The position numbers were made by a program, and so were the translations under genes. Shown piece by piece: positions 49,935 through 64,000 of a stretch of DNA of 64,000 bases (position 1 is its first letter; every line of letters starts with the position of its first letter). The DNA is from Dicyema japonicum (lineage: Eukaryota > Animalia > Dicyemida), in the NCBI GenBank assembly GCA_011109175.1, contig RDEW01000013.1, forward strand, positions 1,051,771 through 1,115,770. Direction: 5' to 3'. The notes beneath the pieces are model-generated. The model had not been told where the DNA came from. It made no database searches and saw only the letters and a list, made by a program, of their open reading frames with translations.

Positions 49935-51966
49935 TGCAAGGATGAATGGGGACAGACAGTTTGAATGTTTTAGAATGTTGATTAAGACAATGGTTTTTAT
50001 ATTTTTAAACCCAGAATCTAAAATCCGATGAGTTTGCCGACCCTTCTTACCTCTCGCTAGAATGTGAGACACGTGCGTATCTGAATTCATACGACAGTTT
50101 TATTTTCAATTAACTAGGCACTAAATCATCCTATGTGAGTGGGACCTCTTTTATGTTAGAGTCAATTGAAGAGTCTGCCTTCCTTTACTATTCGGCTATT
50201 CGTGGTAGTACGTTGTGTCGTTCAGGAGTGGGGTTAGAATGCACTCAGGATGAGAGCATTGGAATTGGGGGTATTTACTGTCGATTTATTTAGAAAATAT
50301 ACGAATATTTGCTAAATTGTCAAATTAATTGGATATTTCATATGATTATTGTAATATTTTCATGAATTGGTCATACATTGGGGAGACCACCTGTGATTTT
50401 GTCTTGGAGGAGCAGAATACTTGTGAATTTATGGAATTATCTGATTCTATCAAACTTAGAAATATCACTAACAGTTCTGTAGAACTGAAAATGAGTGTTT
50501 GTCCCCTCAAAGAAGGTCGATTTACCCTCAAATCAATATGTTTTAATGTCAGGGGGACTACTTTCGACGGTCAAACAACCGATTGGTTACCCCTAAGACT
50601 CCCTTTGAATTCAATAAATTTGAGTGTGGTGGAGTCTATGCCCTTATTAAAGGTATCGACAATACAAATTTAGATTGTACCTGCCGCAACCCGTCTATTG
50701 ATCCGCAACGGAGAAATTGGACGATTAAGCTGTAATATTGAAAATATTGGATTAGTCAGCCTGACTAGTCCCCTTAGGATATTCACCCTACACTCCAATA
50801 TTACACAAAACTCCATTCCATCCAACAACTTAGAATTACAAAATATTCCAATTCTTGGGTTCAAGGAGAGTTGTAATGTGGAGTTGTTTGTCAGCAATGT
50901 CCACAATGACAAATTTTGTATGCTTTTTGCTCACTGTGCCGGTTCCAAACTGTATTCCTTATTTACAGCTTAGAATTCGTATTTCACACGTAATCATTGA
51001 TGTTGTCTGTAAATCGAGTGTTCGCTGTCATCTGAATACAATTCCCCCACAACTTGGAGAATTCTATTATCACCGTAAAGCATTTACACTGTTTACTAAT
51101 TTCTCATCACTTTCCGTGGTAAACAGGGAAGTTTATCGTCCTATTTCAATCACGTGTTATTCAAACCAAGCTCTTATTCATAAAGTTGAATGTGCAGACA
51201 TACACGTGTCAAATGGAAAGTCACTGACCTTTGTGGCGTATTTCAAAATGGAATATGAGTCACGTGCTGTAATAAGACAGTCGAAACTCATTTTGGACGC
51301 CTCTAGTTCACTCTCTTCGGACCTGCTTGAGCAGTACTCGAGGAAGGAGCTGGAACGATTCTATGTAAAGCACCGAGAGTCTGAGAACAAATCGATGAGC
51401 ACGTGGTTTGAGGAGAATAAACAAGGCCTAGTATCTGTTCAGTGGATTGTAATTTTGTGAGTAATGTTAGATGGAAGGAGAAAATGAGCACGTGGTAGGG
51501 CAGACCCACTCATTTGTCTCATTTGGTCAAAGTAATCTTGCCATTTGTGACTCTGTTGATCAGAGTATTTCTCCAATTAGCATGGAATTGAGATTTCCGT
51601 CTGTTGTCGTGCATAATTTTTCCAAGTTTGTATTATTGGTGAGGTAGACCTTGTTTTGTGGAGGTTGAATGTATGTTGACCAACAATATGGAGAAGAATG
51701 TAACTGTGAGGCTATTCATTGATGTGGATTATATGAGGTTTGAGGGATCACAAAGTCTTAGATTGAAAGGATTTTTTTCTGTCGGAAATAACCGTAAGAG
51801 AGTAGAGATTGGGGCATTTTGTGTTAAAAGGAGTGTATTTAGGATAGTGTTTTTTATGTCAGGGTCATTCACATTGGATTGTTTCCGTGTTTGTACTGAG
51901 GATGGTAATTGGGATCTGCCCTTATCCCTTCATAGTAATCATATTTCCATAATTTCGTCTAATTGA
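48934..51966 (+). pseudogene. TRAPPC8: 5'-truncated TRAPPC8 duplicate
   Basis: Starts mid-exon at FLRKDF; has an exonic SINE insertion and a TAT>TAA stop near 50326. Confidence 0.88.
49591..49929 (+). mobile_element. tRNA-derived SINE inserted into a TRAPPC8 exon
   Basis: A box TGGCTTAGTGG, B box GGTTCGAATC, long (ATT)n tail, and 16-bp TSD attactgcaaggatga at 49574-49589 and 49930-49945. The empty site is visible at about 37185-37200. Confidence 0.95.
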
Positions 51967-52813
51967 TTTATTTCAATAAATTTATTTATAATTAATTTTT
52001 ATTTATAATTAAACTAAATTAATTTTACTTTGGGGAGTTTGAGTAGTTTCCTCTGACGCTCTCGATGCCATCCAGTCTTATGCGGATCTTTGGTGACCCT
52101 TTGGATCATTGAGTCGATCTGACGGACCAGGTCGTCCGCTTGTGGGTCAAGGATTCCTGACTTCTCAACAGAAAAGGGACAAACAAATGATCTCTGAAAT
52201 GTTTATGTACTTCCTTTTATTCTGATCCCAACTTGCGTAGTTTTAGTCCGAGGCTGTTGTAGCCAAATTTTTCGGAGTGTACGTGTGAGCATACGTAGCA
52301 ACCCAAACCAGGTTTCGACTATTAGCGAATAGGAAAGTCATCATCTAGTTGGTGCATTTGGCATCCTTCTGGGAGAGACAAGTGTGAAACTAAATATCAA
52401 CAGAATCTACCGCAAACGGTTTTTTTCCTTTAAAATTTGAACATTGCTCTAATACAGGAAACACAAGTGTACACTTAACACCATACTAGTCGGTTCAAAA
52501 GATTCTCATTTATTCCCATGAATGGCAATATTCGAACAAACAGAGAATTCTCGATCGACACTGCTACCCAGGGAAGCTGAGACCCTATTGCGAGTAAAAA
52601 GACGCTGGAAAGTGAGAAGACAAGAGATAACCAACACAGGCTTGCATGCATCATGTGGCCTGGCTTGAATGCCCATCATGTTCGTCTCTCGGAACACTCT
52701 CTGACGAAAAATTGCCCGAGGATCGGAGTGGCACTACAACTTGGATTGGATGCATGGAGAGAACGTTAACAAAGAATGTCTACATACTCTTTCTTGCCGA
52801 CGGAGCGCGGGAC

Positions 52814-55228
52814 CGAAATCCGAAACCAATTTATTCAACAGTAAGTAAGGAGTTAGTTTAAGTGGTATTTAAACGTGTCCGCCTATGCGGCCTGGACACT
52901 TCCAATGCACCCTATTTCCATTTAGTCTCCTTCTATCGTCGGATCCCATCGATCCTTTTCTCTACAATATTTTTGACCAATGTTAGAATCTTGTCTTCTT
53001 CAGTACTGAGAACATCAGAAAGCCTTTTCCCCAAAGCCAACTTTATTGCTGACCTTCTGGTTTTTTCCATAAGTAACAAAATTCTTTCTCTTTGGCAAGA
53101 GAAAAACCATGCTTCGCATCCATAGCAGCTCCGGAAGAATGACTCTCATGAAGATGAACAAGAAGGTCTCCAAGCTTACAAACAACTTTTTTGTACATAA
53201 AAGTGCTTGAAGCGCCTTCTTCCTTCTTCGTCTGATGTCCTCCATGAAGGAACCTCTCCCGTCGATTACTACCCCTAGGTAGCGCAGTGAATTTACTTTA
53301 GGAATCTCTAGTGAGTAAGGCTGGGTCTGATGCCTCCTTAGGCGACTGACTCTTAAATGGCTGGACTTCTCAGTGGACAGTCGCATCCCTCTCTTGGTGC
53401 ACATCCGGTGGAGTTGGAAAGTCTGACAAGAATATGTTGAACAGAAGTGGGGTCAAGACAGAACCTTGTGGAACTCCCCTCTTCAGTATGATGTCTTTTG
53501 ACATATTTGCTCCAACACGTACTTGGGAAGTCCGTCTGTTAGGATGTCCTTTATCCACATGAAAAGTTTTTTTTGAATATCAGCTGCTGCTAGCCTTGAT
53601 AGGAGGGCTTCGTGCCACACGCTATCAAAAGCCTTGGACAGATCTAAACATACCAGGTTAACTAGTCTTTTGATTCCAGACCTCTCAATACCATTGAATG
53701 CATCTGGTAGATGCAGTCCGTGCATGATTTTCCAGGTCTGAAGCCACATTGTTCTGCGAGGAAAAAACCACTTTCTTCTACGTGGTCGTTAAGCCTTCTA
53801 AAGATAATTCAATAGATAATCTTGGAGATCGAACAGATGAGGCTATAGCTGAGTGGGTCCCTCCTCGATTTTCCCGGTTTCATTATCATTCTGACTATAG
53901 AAGATTTCCAGCGTTTTGGGACATGGCCATGATGAATGCTTGCATTGAATATATTCTTCAGAATGGGAAATAGAGCCTCTAGGGCATTCGCGAACAATCT
54001 CATGCTTAGATGGTCAAGTCCTGGAGCGTTAGCCTTGCTTGTCATGATTAAAGTCATGACTTCTTCCGTAGTTATTTTTATTTCAGTATCTTTGAGATCG
54101 TCCAAACAGTAGGTTAAAATTTCACGTGATGAATCTAACTCTCCCTTGGAATAAGCTCCATCGGGTTGACCCTTTGAATGCGGTCCAGTTGCTTCTTAAA
54201 GATATCTGAGGCTTCTTCCATAGAACATAGTCCACCTTCGGGCTTGGTCAAGGAGATTTTTATGTCATTCCTTTTCTGGCCAGTTATTCTTTTATAGAAC
54301 TTCCAGAACGAGGGGTCTTTGGTGTTTAGTTTGCTTGCCTCTACCCTCAAACATTGTTCTTGAGATAGACTTGTTCCTTCTTCAATGGCTTTCTTGATTA
54401 TCTTCTGTTGTCCGGTCAATGCAATCCGGTCTATCCAGTCCACACATCTTCTGAGTTTGGTCCTCAGGCGATTCCTTTCATCAATCAAAGATAGAGCGCG
54501 AAAGACTGATGCTCTTTCCATGAATATTACTTGATGATCTCCTCCTTGCGTAAAGCATTAAGTATTACTCCGTCATGATGGAGAGTTCATTGTCTATGGT
54601 GTCGATTTCACTTGGGAATAATCTTTATTTTTTCAGTCTTTGAGGTTTCTTGATAAGTACCTTCTGTAGTGTTCCCAGTTTACTCTTGTTAGGTCGTAAA
54701 CACAGAGTCCATGGGGTCTGGAGCTAGGTTCAATAACATCTCTTGGGGTATATGGTCACTCCCGATGTCCCACATGATCATCGGCTTCTCTAAATAAGTG
54801 TAGAGCACTGGTGACACCAGGAACACCCCAAGCATGTCTCCCCCGTAGTGCGAGTAATGATTCGGTTTTTCCGATGTCAAAATCTCAAAGCCAGTCTGAT
54901 TCCATCATCGTTAGTTCCGAGGCACCCATATTTAATGTTCTTACTATTTAGATCACCCACTAGGATAGACATATCGTTTCTTGTGAAGAATTCTTCAATT
55001 TCTGTGGAGCCCTTTCTGAGGTCTTTTGAATACATTCTACCGACGTGTATCCAACAGCCACAGCATATCACCTCGACGGAAACAAATTCACAGTGTGTAT
55101 TCGCGTATGGGGGAAGCAAGCTTCGCAACACACACCAAGATACAAAAATAAGCATTATATCTTGCCCCTTGTAAGGGCGTCCCAGATATAAAGCTGGAAA
55201 GAACTGTTGAATAAATTGGTTTCGGTTT
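52814..55228 (-). mobile_element. Duplicate of the double-tailed LINE
   Basis: Same termini; TSD at 52801-52813 and 55229-55241. Confidence 0.9.
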
Positions 55229-56124
55229 CGGAGCACGGGACGTTCCCCGAGCAATGACGTTTTCTACGGGCCTTCAGAGCCGGAGGGTTTTTTGTTCAAC
55301 TGAAACCCTTCAGCTTGGACAGAGGCGATGGGAAGAAGCAAGATTAGTGTCATAATTCCAGCCTTCGCAATCCTGACTTCTTAACTAAAAAGTTTTACTA
55401 GTTTTCATTAAAAAAATTAATAATTTTAAAAAAAAATTATAGCGAAAAAATTAAATATTAGAATTTTAACTAGCAAAGTTAAATTAAAAAAATTAAAACA
55501 TGAAGATGTTTTCCCCAACTAATTATGTGACCCTGGTATTCCATATTACAGATACAAGGAATGTCCAGTGTTCCTTAGACGTTTCCACCGTTTTCCTGTA
55601 TCTACTGAGTTTTTTTATAATGAAGAAATCGACCGATGGAATTGATTTTGTCGTTTGATCCAACATCGAAACGATAGGTTCCGTTTATTGATTACAAGGC
55701 ATTGAGGTGAGAAGAGTAGAGTTCTTTTTGGCGATCGGCAGGGGGTGTTTAAGCTTTAGGCTGCATGGGTGAGTGAAGATATGCCTCTTATAACAGGGAT
55801 CTGACACGCCAGATCCTACGCTACAGTCCAGATTTAGTTGCAATCTTGAAGTGGCGATCTGGATGTCCTGATCACATGACGCAATTACAATGTCGTCGGC
55901 ATAAGTCAGAATAATATCATTGTCGGCGTCAGGATTGATCTTTTTTAGATTAAGAAAGGCAATTAACAATAATCGATGCTGCTCACAAAAAACGAAGCAA
56001 AACTGAGTGTCCTTTACTGTTCTCTCTTCAATTAAACAATAAATCGAAAGTTAATTTTTTCCATTTTTAATTTTTTGATGGCTAACCTAAATTTGCCAAA
56101 AAATTAATAAAATTATATAAAACA

Positions 56125-56637
56125 ATGTTCACTGCGATTTTCTGTGTCTTATTTCTAAAAGTCAATTCCTATGAACTCCCTTATGAGAATTGTGGTATTA
56201 ACTATTAAAAACATAAACTTAGAGGGAATGAGCAACACAGTCAGTGTTAGCGTCCACATCTATGATTCATTGATAGCCAGTGATGAAACAACTATCAGAT
56301 ATACTTTCGTGGCAGGTGGTTTGTGAGTTTGATTAGACTTTAATTCGACTTCTTTTAGTGGAGTAATAAGTGTTGTTCCTGGGAGAACATGTCTTCGTGG
56401 CTACACATTCATAGGTTATCATCAAATCGAAAGAACTTTTAATTGTCCGGTATGTCATTTGAGAAGTGGAAGACAAAATAAGTTCGATTTCATTAGAAAA
56501 TTTTTAGCAGATTTACTGCTGGTTCTTTGTTTAAAAAATTATAGCATCCCTGCATGGACATTAAACTCAAAATCGTGGATCAAATGGGTAATACCGTCGT
56601 TTGTGCTATTTTCCCGGTTCAGCTGAGACTGGAATAA
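56125..56637 (+). CDS. ML-domain protein type B, second intact copy
   Basis: Appears identical to 45593-46105. Confidence 0.82.
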
Positions 56638-57719
56638 TTAGATTAGTTCACTTTTGGGGTTAAAATCGGGTTTTTTGTTGATTAACTGACAATTTAATTT
56701 AAATTCAGGAAATAAGGACTGTTAATGGAGTACTTTATATAGGTCCCCCATAAAGCTTTAGCTCCTCCATTTATCTATTTGAGAGACTTATTCCAAATCT
56801 GGCAATCCCCTCTGTGATAACTTCAACTAAGCTTTTGTTAATTAAATTCGAATGTGAACTCAAAAATACTTGATAAAAATATCCGCCCTTTTTTTAAATC
56901 TCATAAATGTCCGAATGTAAGTTTTTCCTGAAGGTCATTATTATGATAAGTGACTTATTTAAAGACTGCGGATTAAATTACTTCTGCATTGTCCACAGCT
57001 GAAAAACTTTTCCTATTTCACACTGATGATCGCATGCCTTCATCAAACGATAGAGTACTCAATTGGCTCACATAATGTTAAAATAGCCTAAGTCTTCCGT
57101 CTAATCGAGTTTCTCAACCTGTTGAAGTCTTCAGTGACATTATTAATAAGAGATCGAATGAAAATCAACACAATCCTGCTAATCCCTAACTAACCTATTT
57201 TTTGTGAACAAACCTAAAAAATTCTGATAATCTCAAATTTTAATTTTTTTAATATTGAGTTTGAGAAAAAAACGTTATAAATAACCACAAAGTAGATTTG
57301 TCAGTAAACTCTCTCATCACTAACAATGATGTAAATTTTTGGAATTTATGGCACTTTGGTATGTGGCGTGAATGTTTTTATACATTTTGTAAACACAAAA
57401 GTTTCCTTGACTGTAAGATCGTCGACATGCAGAAATGCGATTTTTATTGATAGAAAACAGTTAAGTATTAGGCGAGAAAAACATCAGTCGCGTTATTATA
57501 ATTTGCAATGTTTTTTACCTGCCAATTTAAAATGTGCCTTTTTATTTCTAAGTCGCGTACACAGACTGTCTTAGTGTTGTAGGAGAAAAGGGTTACGTTG
57601 ATCGCTTAGACCAGGGATGCTCAACAAGCTCCAGGGGACGCATAAGATAACTTGAGTATACATGGGCACACTAACAAATCTGAAAAACACAATAATCTCA
57701 TTGAAGAGTAATAATTTGC

Positions 57720-60700
57720 AAGCTTACAGCTATGCTATGATAACGGCCCACAACGCCAACTATGACCTTGATTGAAGATACCAAGTGTTCATCAGTAAGC
57801 CTTGTTCTCTGAGTGATTTTGTTGATTTCATTAAGGAAAACAGCTGTTCAACACATAGGTGGACAAAAACTTTTTGACTCAGACGATACCATGTAGCAGA
57901 TCACCATCCAAATGGAACTGAACCCGTCTTTTTGAATCAATTTGATTAACCAATATATTCCATCACAACGATCCTACCCAAAATCCTACCTCCCAAATAT
58001 ACCCCGTCTCTCAGTACAAAAGAACGTTCTAATTTGCGGCGATTTAAATGCCGACACCCCGTTTGGCTTGCTTCACAGTCCTCTGACAGCCGAGGCGAGT
58101 TCATCGCAAATGGTCTTATTGATATGAGTATCCTGAATGACCATAAATTAGACACAAGAACTCTTTAAGGGGCACTGATAACTGCACTTCTGATTTAACC
58201 TTATGTTCACCTTCCTTAGCAGGAATCACTACATGGGATGTGAATTATGGTTTTTCCTGCGACCACAATCCCATTCTTCTTATGGTAAAAGCATTTCGGG
58301 GACGCTGGACATTGCAGACCGAAATAAAAAGTTTCAAGAATTATAAGAAGGTTGACTGGTCTCTCTGGCTACGACGATCTGGAATTGGTCAAAGGACTAT
58401 CATTTATATACGTTCGATGGACGAAGCCGCAAAAATCATCAGTGTGGCCATTCAAAAGGCTGACAACATATTTATTCCTCTCTGATCATACACGAATTTT
58501 ATACCCTCGATTCCCGGACACTTACACTCAAAACAAAGAAATCAAATGAAAAGATGCCGTCCGACAGAGTTGAAATCCATCACAAGCAGGTCTCAGGGGT
58601 TATTGCCGGATTAAAAAACTCACGGGCCTACGGCCCTGACAAAGTATCTTGAATTTACCTGAAACACCTAAGCCACTATGCAATCGGCTTCCTCACGCAA
58701 GTATTTAACCTGTTCATTAACTACAATATTATTCCCAAAAATTGGAAGAACTCTGTTATCAAACCAGTTTCGAAGGCTGGAAAACCGAAAGAGAACCTGC
58801 TTCATAGAGGCCAATCTCCTTAACCAGCACATTATCAAAACTTCTTGAAAAATTAGTAATAACTGTAATTACTCCGAACCTCCATCAAGCGGCTTTTCAA
58901 CATGGCTTTGTCCTGGAAGGTCCACCACCCAGTTAACCACAATATCCCAATTCATAACCGCAGGATTTAATGCTACCCCATGACACATGCAAACTATAAT
59001 GGTATCAATCGACATAAACAAGGCTCTCAACAAGGTCCCAAGGAAGCTTCTTATTGGGAAGATTTTTTTTGAAACCTAAAGCTGTGGTCGGCCAACTTTC
59101 TCTCTGGGCGACGTGGGAGAGTCTTTGTGGGCAACTTGGTACTAGGACATTTGCCGACAATTCAATTAAGCATAAATGATCAAGAAATACACTATGCATA
59201 TTAATAACGATAAAAAATGGAATTTACACGAACCACTCGTGGAAAGAGAAAACTTCTGCATGATGGCTATGCGTACATTATGGATAGACAGAGAGACAAT
59301 GTCATGTATTAGAGATGTGAGCTGAAAGGAAAATGCAAAGGCAGAGTAAGAACTGTTAACGAAGAACTAATGGAACTATGACACCACACGAACATTCACC
59401 AAATGCAGGATGTTTACATGCGCTGAAAACCGTCAATACGATATAGAAGAGAGCGAGAGATTCTGGAGAAACTACATCCACAGTTATCCAAAATTGCTTA
59501 AGCACATACCCCATTGATGCTGCTTGTGAACTACCCAAAAAAGAAACCCTTACACGTACTGTTCGACGACAGCGTACAGATCAAATACAAGACGGTAATG
59601 TTCTAACTGATGAACTTAAAAGTACTCTTAGAAGAGATGATTTTGTACTACACGATAGTGATGGATTGCTTATATTAACAACAGCGAGAAACCTTGACCT
59701 TATGTCTATGAAAGAACATTGGTTATGTGATGGTACTTTCGGTTCTCGGCTTTCTCCAACCTTTTTCAATCTTTTCCTCCACGACTTACCAAATTACGAG
59801 GACGAAAAATTTTAATTCAGCTCCATGAGGTTTTCAGTTATGCACTATACATGTTACATTATGTGAAACATGTACGGTTCCTTTAGTGTACGCTATTGCT
59901 CGAGAAAAAAACTCAACAAATGTATGAACAAATATTTTCAACACTGAAAGAGAAAAAGCCTCAATTGAATCCACTATCATTTACCATAGATTATAAGACA
60001 AGTAAGAAGTACAAAAGGATAAACAGTATTATTGAAAAATATGATGATTACACTCCAGTAGAATTCTTGAGTGAGCTTTTTCATAACCTTTAAGTGAGTC
60101 TTAACTGTTTTACCTACAGAACAATGAGTATTGATGAAACTTTTTAACTCATTTTATTTGATGTTTTTTATATTAAATTTTATCTCTGAATTTTAAAACA
60201 ATGTGCTTAATAAAAAGTATGACATATTTCTTAGTTATTTGTGAAAATTCCCTGTAGGCCAAATGTCTGGACATCGGGCAACTTAGATCGAGATCACGAC
60301 TACTACCTAATGGACTACCACAAGGTTCTCGGCTTTCTCCAACCTTTTTCAATCTTTTCCTCCACGACTTACCAAATTACGAGGACGAAAATCTTTTACT
60401 ATTATCCTACGCAGACGACCTAATAATTGCAACACGCAACCGATCAACGCAAGTTGCAACCTCAAATGCTCAGGCGGGAGTGAACACCGTCTTTGATTGG
60501 CTGACTGCTAACCGACTAACTATTTCTGCCAAAAATTCAATATGTGCACTTTTCACTTCAGACCCTCGTTCTAAAGAAGGTCCAATAATTTTTATTGGTC
60601 TTTCCAGATACCGGTGACAAGGTCTCCTTCAAATCTTGGGCCTATGTTTGACAGGCTAGTGAACTTTAACTCACATGCGAAGAAAGTCCTCACTAAAAGA

Positions 60701-61063
60701 TTGCAGAAGTTGAATGTTATACGTACGCTTGTTCTTGGATTCTTTTATTTTTGGATGCTTTTGTTGGAAAATTCTACCGGTGAACCATCTGTGGAGTATT
60801 CCGGATTCCTTCAGGTCTGTAAGGAGGACGAAAGCCGCTTAGTCTGTCCTTTTCAAGCCAAAAGAAAGTCATTTGGTTAGGAAGTTCCCCTCACCAATCG
60901 GATTCCTGTGCAGGGATGAAAGAAATCTCTTTCGAACGCTAGTGGGAACAATGGGAGACTACAGACTTTGGGTGGTTTGATTGCGGGAACTAGGATTATC
61001 TAACTGTCTGACGTTTTTCTGTCTTTCGTTTTCGGTGATCCCGGGGTTTTAAATAAATAAATA
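57720..61063 (+). mobile_element. Degenerate Jockey/I-type LINE (APE-RT to 3' end), interrupted by a MULE
   Basis: The RT continues after the MULE as GLPQGSRLSPTFFNLFLHDLP...SYADDL; ends in a taaataaata-type tail. Confidence 0.8.
59138..60275 (+). mobile_element. MULE (Mutator-like) element, internally deleted
   Basis: 9-bp TSD gggcaactt (59129-59137 and 60276-60284); imperfect TIRs with a gacattt(g)gcc core; transposase pieces CKGRV, LPKKETLTRTVRRQR, NLDLM...WLCDGTF and VPLVYA..KTQQMY...FTIDY. Confidence 0.92.
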
Positions 61064-63419
61064 TTGCCATATTCCTTGTTGGAAACTTTCTGATGGTTGT
61101 AAACTTTTCAGGAAGATGTGAATAGAAACCAGATATCCCCACTTGTCAAAAAGTCGTCAGCGATGGAAGAAGTTAACTAGTACATGTTTTTGTGACGTCA
61201 TATGACATAGCGAAGTAATGTTATAGATGTAAGAGCCCAGTGATCCGGTAAACAAATGCATGCAAGCACCTTGTAGGACAGTATCGTTGTTCTGAGAACG
61301 TTCGTAAAAACCACGGCCTATCAATTTGTCGTCATTGACAGAAATCCACTGGCTTTCTCTGGTGGTCCAATTCAAAACCACTGATTCGGATGGGAAGAGG
61401 GGGTAAAGATGAGAATAGTATCCTAAACAATGTTGTAAGACAACGTAATTCAAAGATAATTCAATCGATAATCTTGGAGATCGAACAGATGAGGCTATAG
61501 CTGTGTGGGTCCCTCCTCGATTTTCCCGGTTTCATTATCATTCTGACTATATAAGATTTTGGACATGGCCATGATGAATGTTTGCATTGAATATATTCTT
61601 CAGAATGGGAAATAGAGCCTCTAGGGCATTCGCGAACAATCTCATGCTTAGATGGTCAAGTCTGGAGTGTTAGCCTTGCTTTTCATGATTGAAGTCATGA
61701 CTTCTTCCGTAGTTATTTTCATTTCAGTATCTTTGAGATCGTCCAAAGAGTAAATTAAAATTTCATGTGAAGAATCTAACATCTCCCTTGGAATCAGCTC
61801 CATTGGGTTGACCCCCTGAATGCGGTCTAGTTGCTTCTTAAAGATATCTGGGGCTTCTTCCATAGAACATAGTCCACCTTCTGGCTTAGTCAAAGAGATT
61901 TTTATGTCATTCCTTTTCTGGCAGTTATTTTTTTGTAGAACTTCCAGAACGAAGGGTCTTTGGTGTTTAGTTTGCTTGCCTCTACCCTCAAACATTGTTA
62001 TTAAGACAGTCTTGTTCCCTCTTCAATGGCTGTCATGATTATCTTCAGTTGTCCGGTCAATGCAATCAGGTCTACCCAGTCCACACATTTTCTGAGTTTG
62101 GTCCTTAGGCGATTCCTTTCATTGATCAAAGATTGACGCGAAAGACTGATGCTCTTTCCATGAATATTACTTGAGGATCTCCTCTTGCGTAAAGCATTAA
62201 GTATGTCTCCATCATGATGGAGAGTTCATTGTCTATGATGTCGATTCACTTCGGGAATAATCTTTATCCTTCCAGTTTGAGGTTTCTTGATATGTACCTT
62301 CTGTAGTGTTCCCAGTTTACTCTTGTTAGGTCGTAAACACAGAGTCCATGGGTCTGGAGCTAGGTTCAATAACATCTCTTGGGGTATATGGTCACTCCCG
62401 ATGTCCCACATGATCATCGGCTTCTCTAATAGTGTAGAGCATGGTGACACCAGGAACACCCCAAGCATGTCTCCCCCGTAGTGCGAGTAATGATTCGGTT
62501 TTTCCGATGTCAAAATCTCAAAGCCAGTCTGATTCCATCATCGTTAGTTCCGAGGCACCATATTTAATGTTCTTGGCATTTAGATCACCCACTAGGATAG
62601 ACATATCGTTTCTTGTGAAGAATTCTTCAATTTCTGTGGACACTTTCTAAGGTCTTTTGAATACATTACCGACGTGTATCCAACAGCCACAGCATCTCAC
62701 CTCGACGGAAACAAATTCACAGTGTGTATTCGCGGTATGGGGGAAGCAAGCTTCGCAACACACACCAAGATACAAAAATAAGCATTATATCTTGCCCCTT
62801 GTAAGGGCGTCCCAGATATAAAGCTGGAAAGAACTGTTGAATAAATTGGTTTCGGTTTCGGAGCACGGGACGTTCCCCGAGCCATGACGTTTTCTACGGG
62901 CCTTCAGAGCCGGAGGGTTTTTTGATCAACTGAAACCCTTCAGCTTGGACAGAGGCGATGGGAAGAAGCAAGATTAGTGTCATAATTCCAGCCTTCGCAA
63001 TCCTGACTTCTTAACTAAAAAGTTTTACTAGTTTTCATTAAAAAAATTAATAATTTAAAAAAAAATTATAGCGAAAAAATTAAATATTAGAATTTTAACT
63101 AGCAAAGTTAAATTAAAAAAATTAAAACATGAAGATGTTTTCCCCAACTAATTATGTGACCCTGGTATTCCATATTACAGATACAAGGAATGTCCAGTGT
63201 TCCTTAGACGTTTCCACCGTTTTCCTGTATCTACTGAGTTTTTTTATAATGAAGAAATCGACCGATGGAATTGATTTTGTCGTTTGATCCAACATCGAAA
63301 CGATAGGTTCCGTTTATTGATTACAAGGCATTGAGGTGAGAAGAGTAGAGTTCTTTTTGGCGATCGGCAGGGGGTGTTTAAGCTTTAGGCTGCATGGGTG
63401 AGTGAAGATATGCCTCTTA

Positions 63420-63623
63420 TAACAGGGATCTGACACGCCAGATCCTACGCTACAGTCCAGATTTAGTTGCAATCTTGAAGTGGCGATCTGGATGTCCTGA
63501 TCACATGACGCAATTACAATGTAACAGGGATCTGACACGCCAGATCCTACGCTACAGTCCAGATTTAGTTGCAATCTTGAAGTGGCGATCTGGATGTCCT
63601 GATCACATGACGCAATTACAATG
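63420..63623 (+). repeat. 102-bp tandem duplication unique to copy C
   Basis: 63420-63521 is repeated at 63522-63623 (an in-frame 34-aa repeat in the ORF track). Confidence 0.92.
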
Positions 63624-63855
63624 TCGTCGGCATAAGTCAGAATAATATCATTGTCGGCGTCAGGATTGATCTTTTTTAGATTAAGAAAGGCAATTAACAA
63701 TAATCGATGCTGCTCACAAAAAACGAAGCAAAACTGAGTGTCCTTTACTGTTCTCTCTTCAATTAAACAATAAATCGAAAGTTAATTTTTTCCATTTTTA
63801 ATTTTTTGATGGCTAACCTAAATTTGCCAAAAAATTAATAAAATTATATAAAACA

Positions 63856-64000
63856 ATGTTCACTGCGATTTTCTGTGTCTTATTTCTAAAAGTCAATTCC
63901 TATGAACTCCCTTATGAGAATTGTGGTATTAACTATTAAAAACATAAACTTAGAGGGAATGAGCAACACAGTCAGTGTTAGCGTCCACATCTATGATTCA
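63856..64000 (+). CDS. ML-domain protein type B, third copy (truncated by the window edge)
   Basis: Exon 1, intron 1 and the start of exon 2 are identical to the copy at 45593. Confidence 0.75.

Larger units (their letters stand above)
48934..59442 (+). repeat. Tandem duplicate of 36540-48933 (lacks the CRE insertion, has a SINE insertion)
   Basis: Collinear and highly identical; the junction has a 2-bp AT microhomology. Confidence 0.93.
61452..64000 (+). repeat. Third partial copy of the LINE/RT/ML block (matches about 43286-45740)
   Basis: Collinear with copies A and B; runs off the end of the window. Confidence 0.9.

Overview
AT-rich eukaryotic nuclear DNA in the standard genetic code. 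Host genes are compact and split by very short GT-AG introns (mostly 21-25 nt, up to 29 nt), so the ORF track misses or fragments nearly all of them. By manual splicing I recover: a TRAPPC8/Trs85 gene with about 15 tiny introns plus a 5'-truncated pseudogene copy; five copies of a secreted ML-domain (NPC2/MD-2-like) gene in two diverged types; a ~102-aa tRNA-splicing endonuclease subunit (TSEN34-like); a ~87-aa C/EBP-like bZIP; and a damaged SSBP/SSDP gene. Gene content plus intron size suggest a highly reduced animal, for example a dicyemid mesozoan (inference only). The rest is mostly decayed transposons: many CRE-clade (RLE) retrotransposon fragments, Jockey/I-type and RTE LINEs, a tRNA-derived SINE family, and MULE, hAT, pogo/Tigger and Merlin remnants. 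There are also segmental duplications (1-~4370 vs 13699-16888; 36540-48933 vs 48934-59442; a third partial copy at 61452-64000). The most unusual structures are a LINE insertion with its 3' tail at both ends inside a 13-bp TSD, a TSD-flanked mini-RTE with an intact fused ORF, a MULE that captured its own flank, locally templated insertions, and amino-acid-biased divergence between ML duplicates. Scattered 1-bp indels may be assembly errors, so pseudogene calls are tentative. All family assignments come from motif recognition by eye, not database searches.
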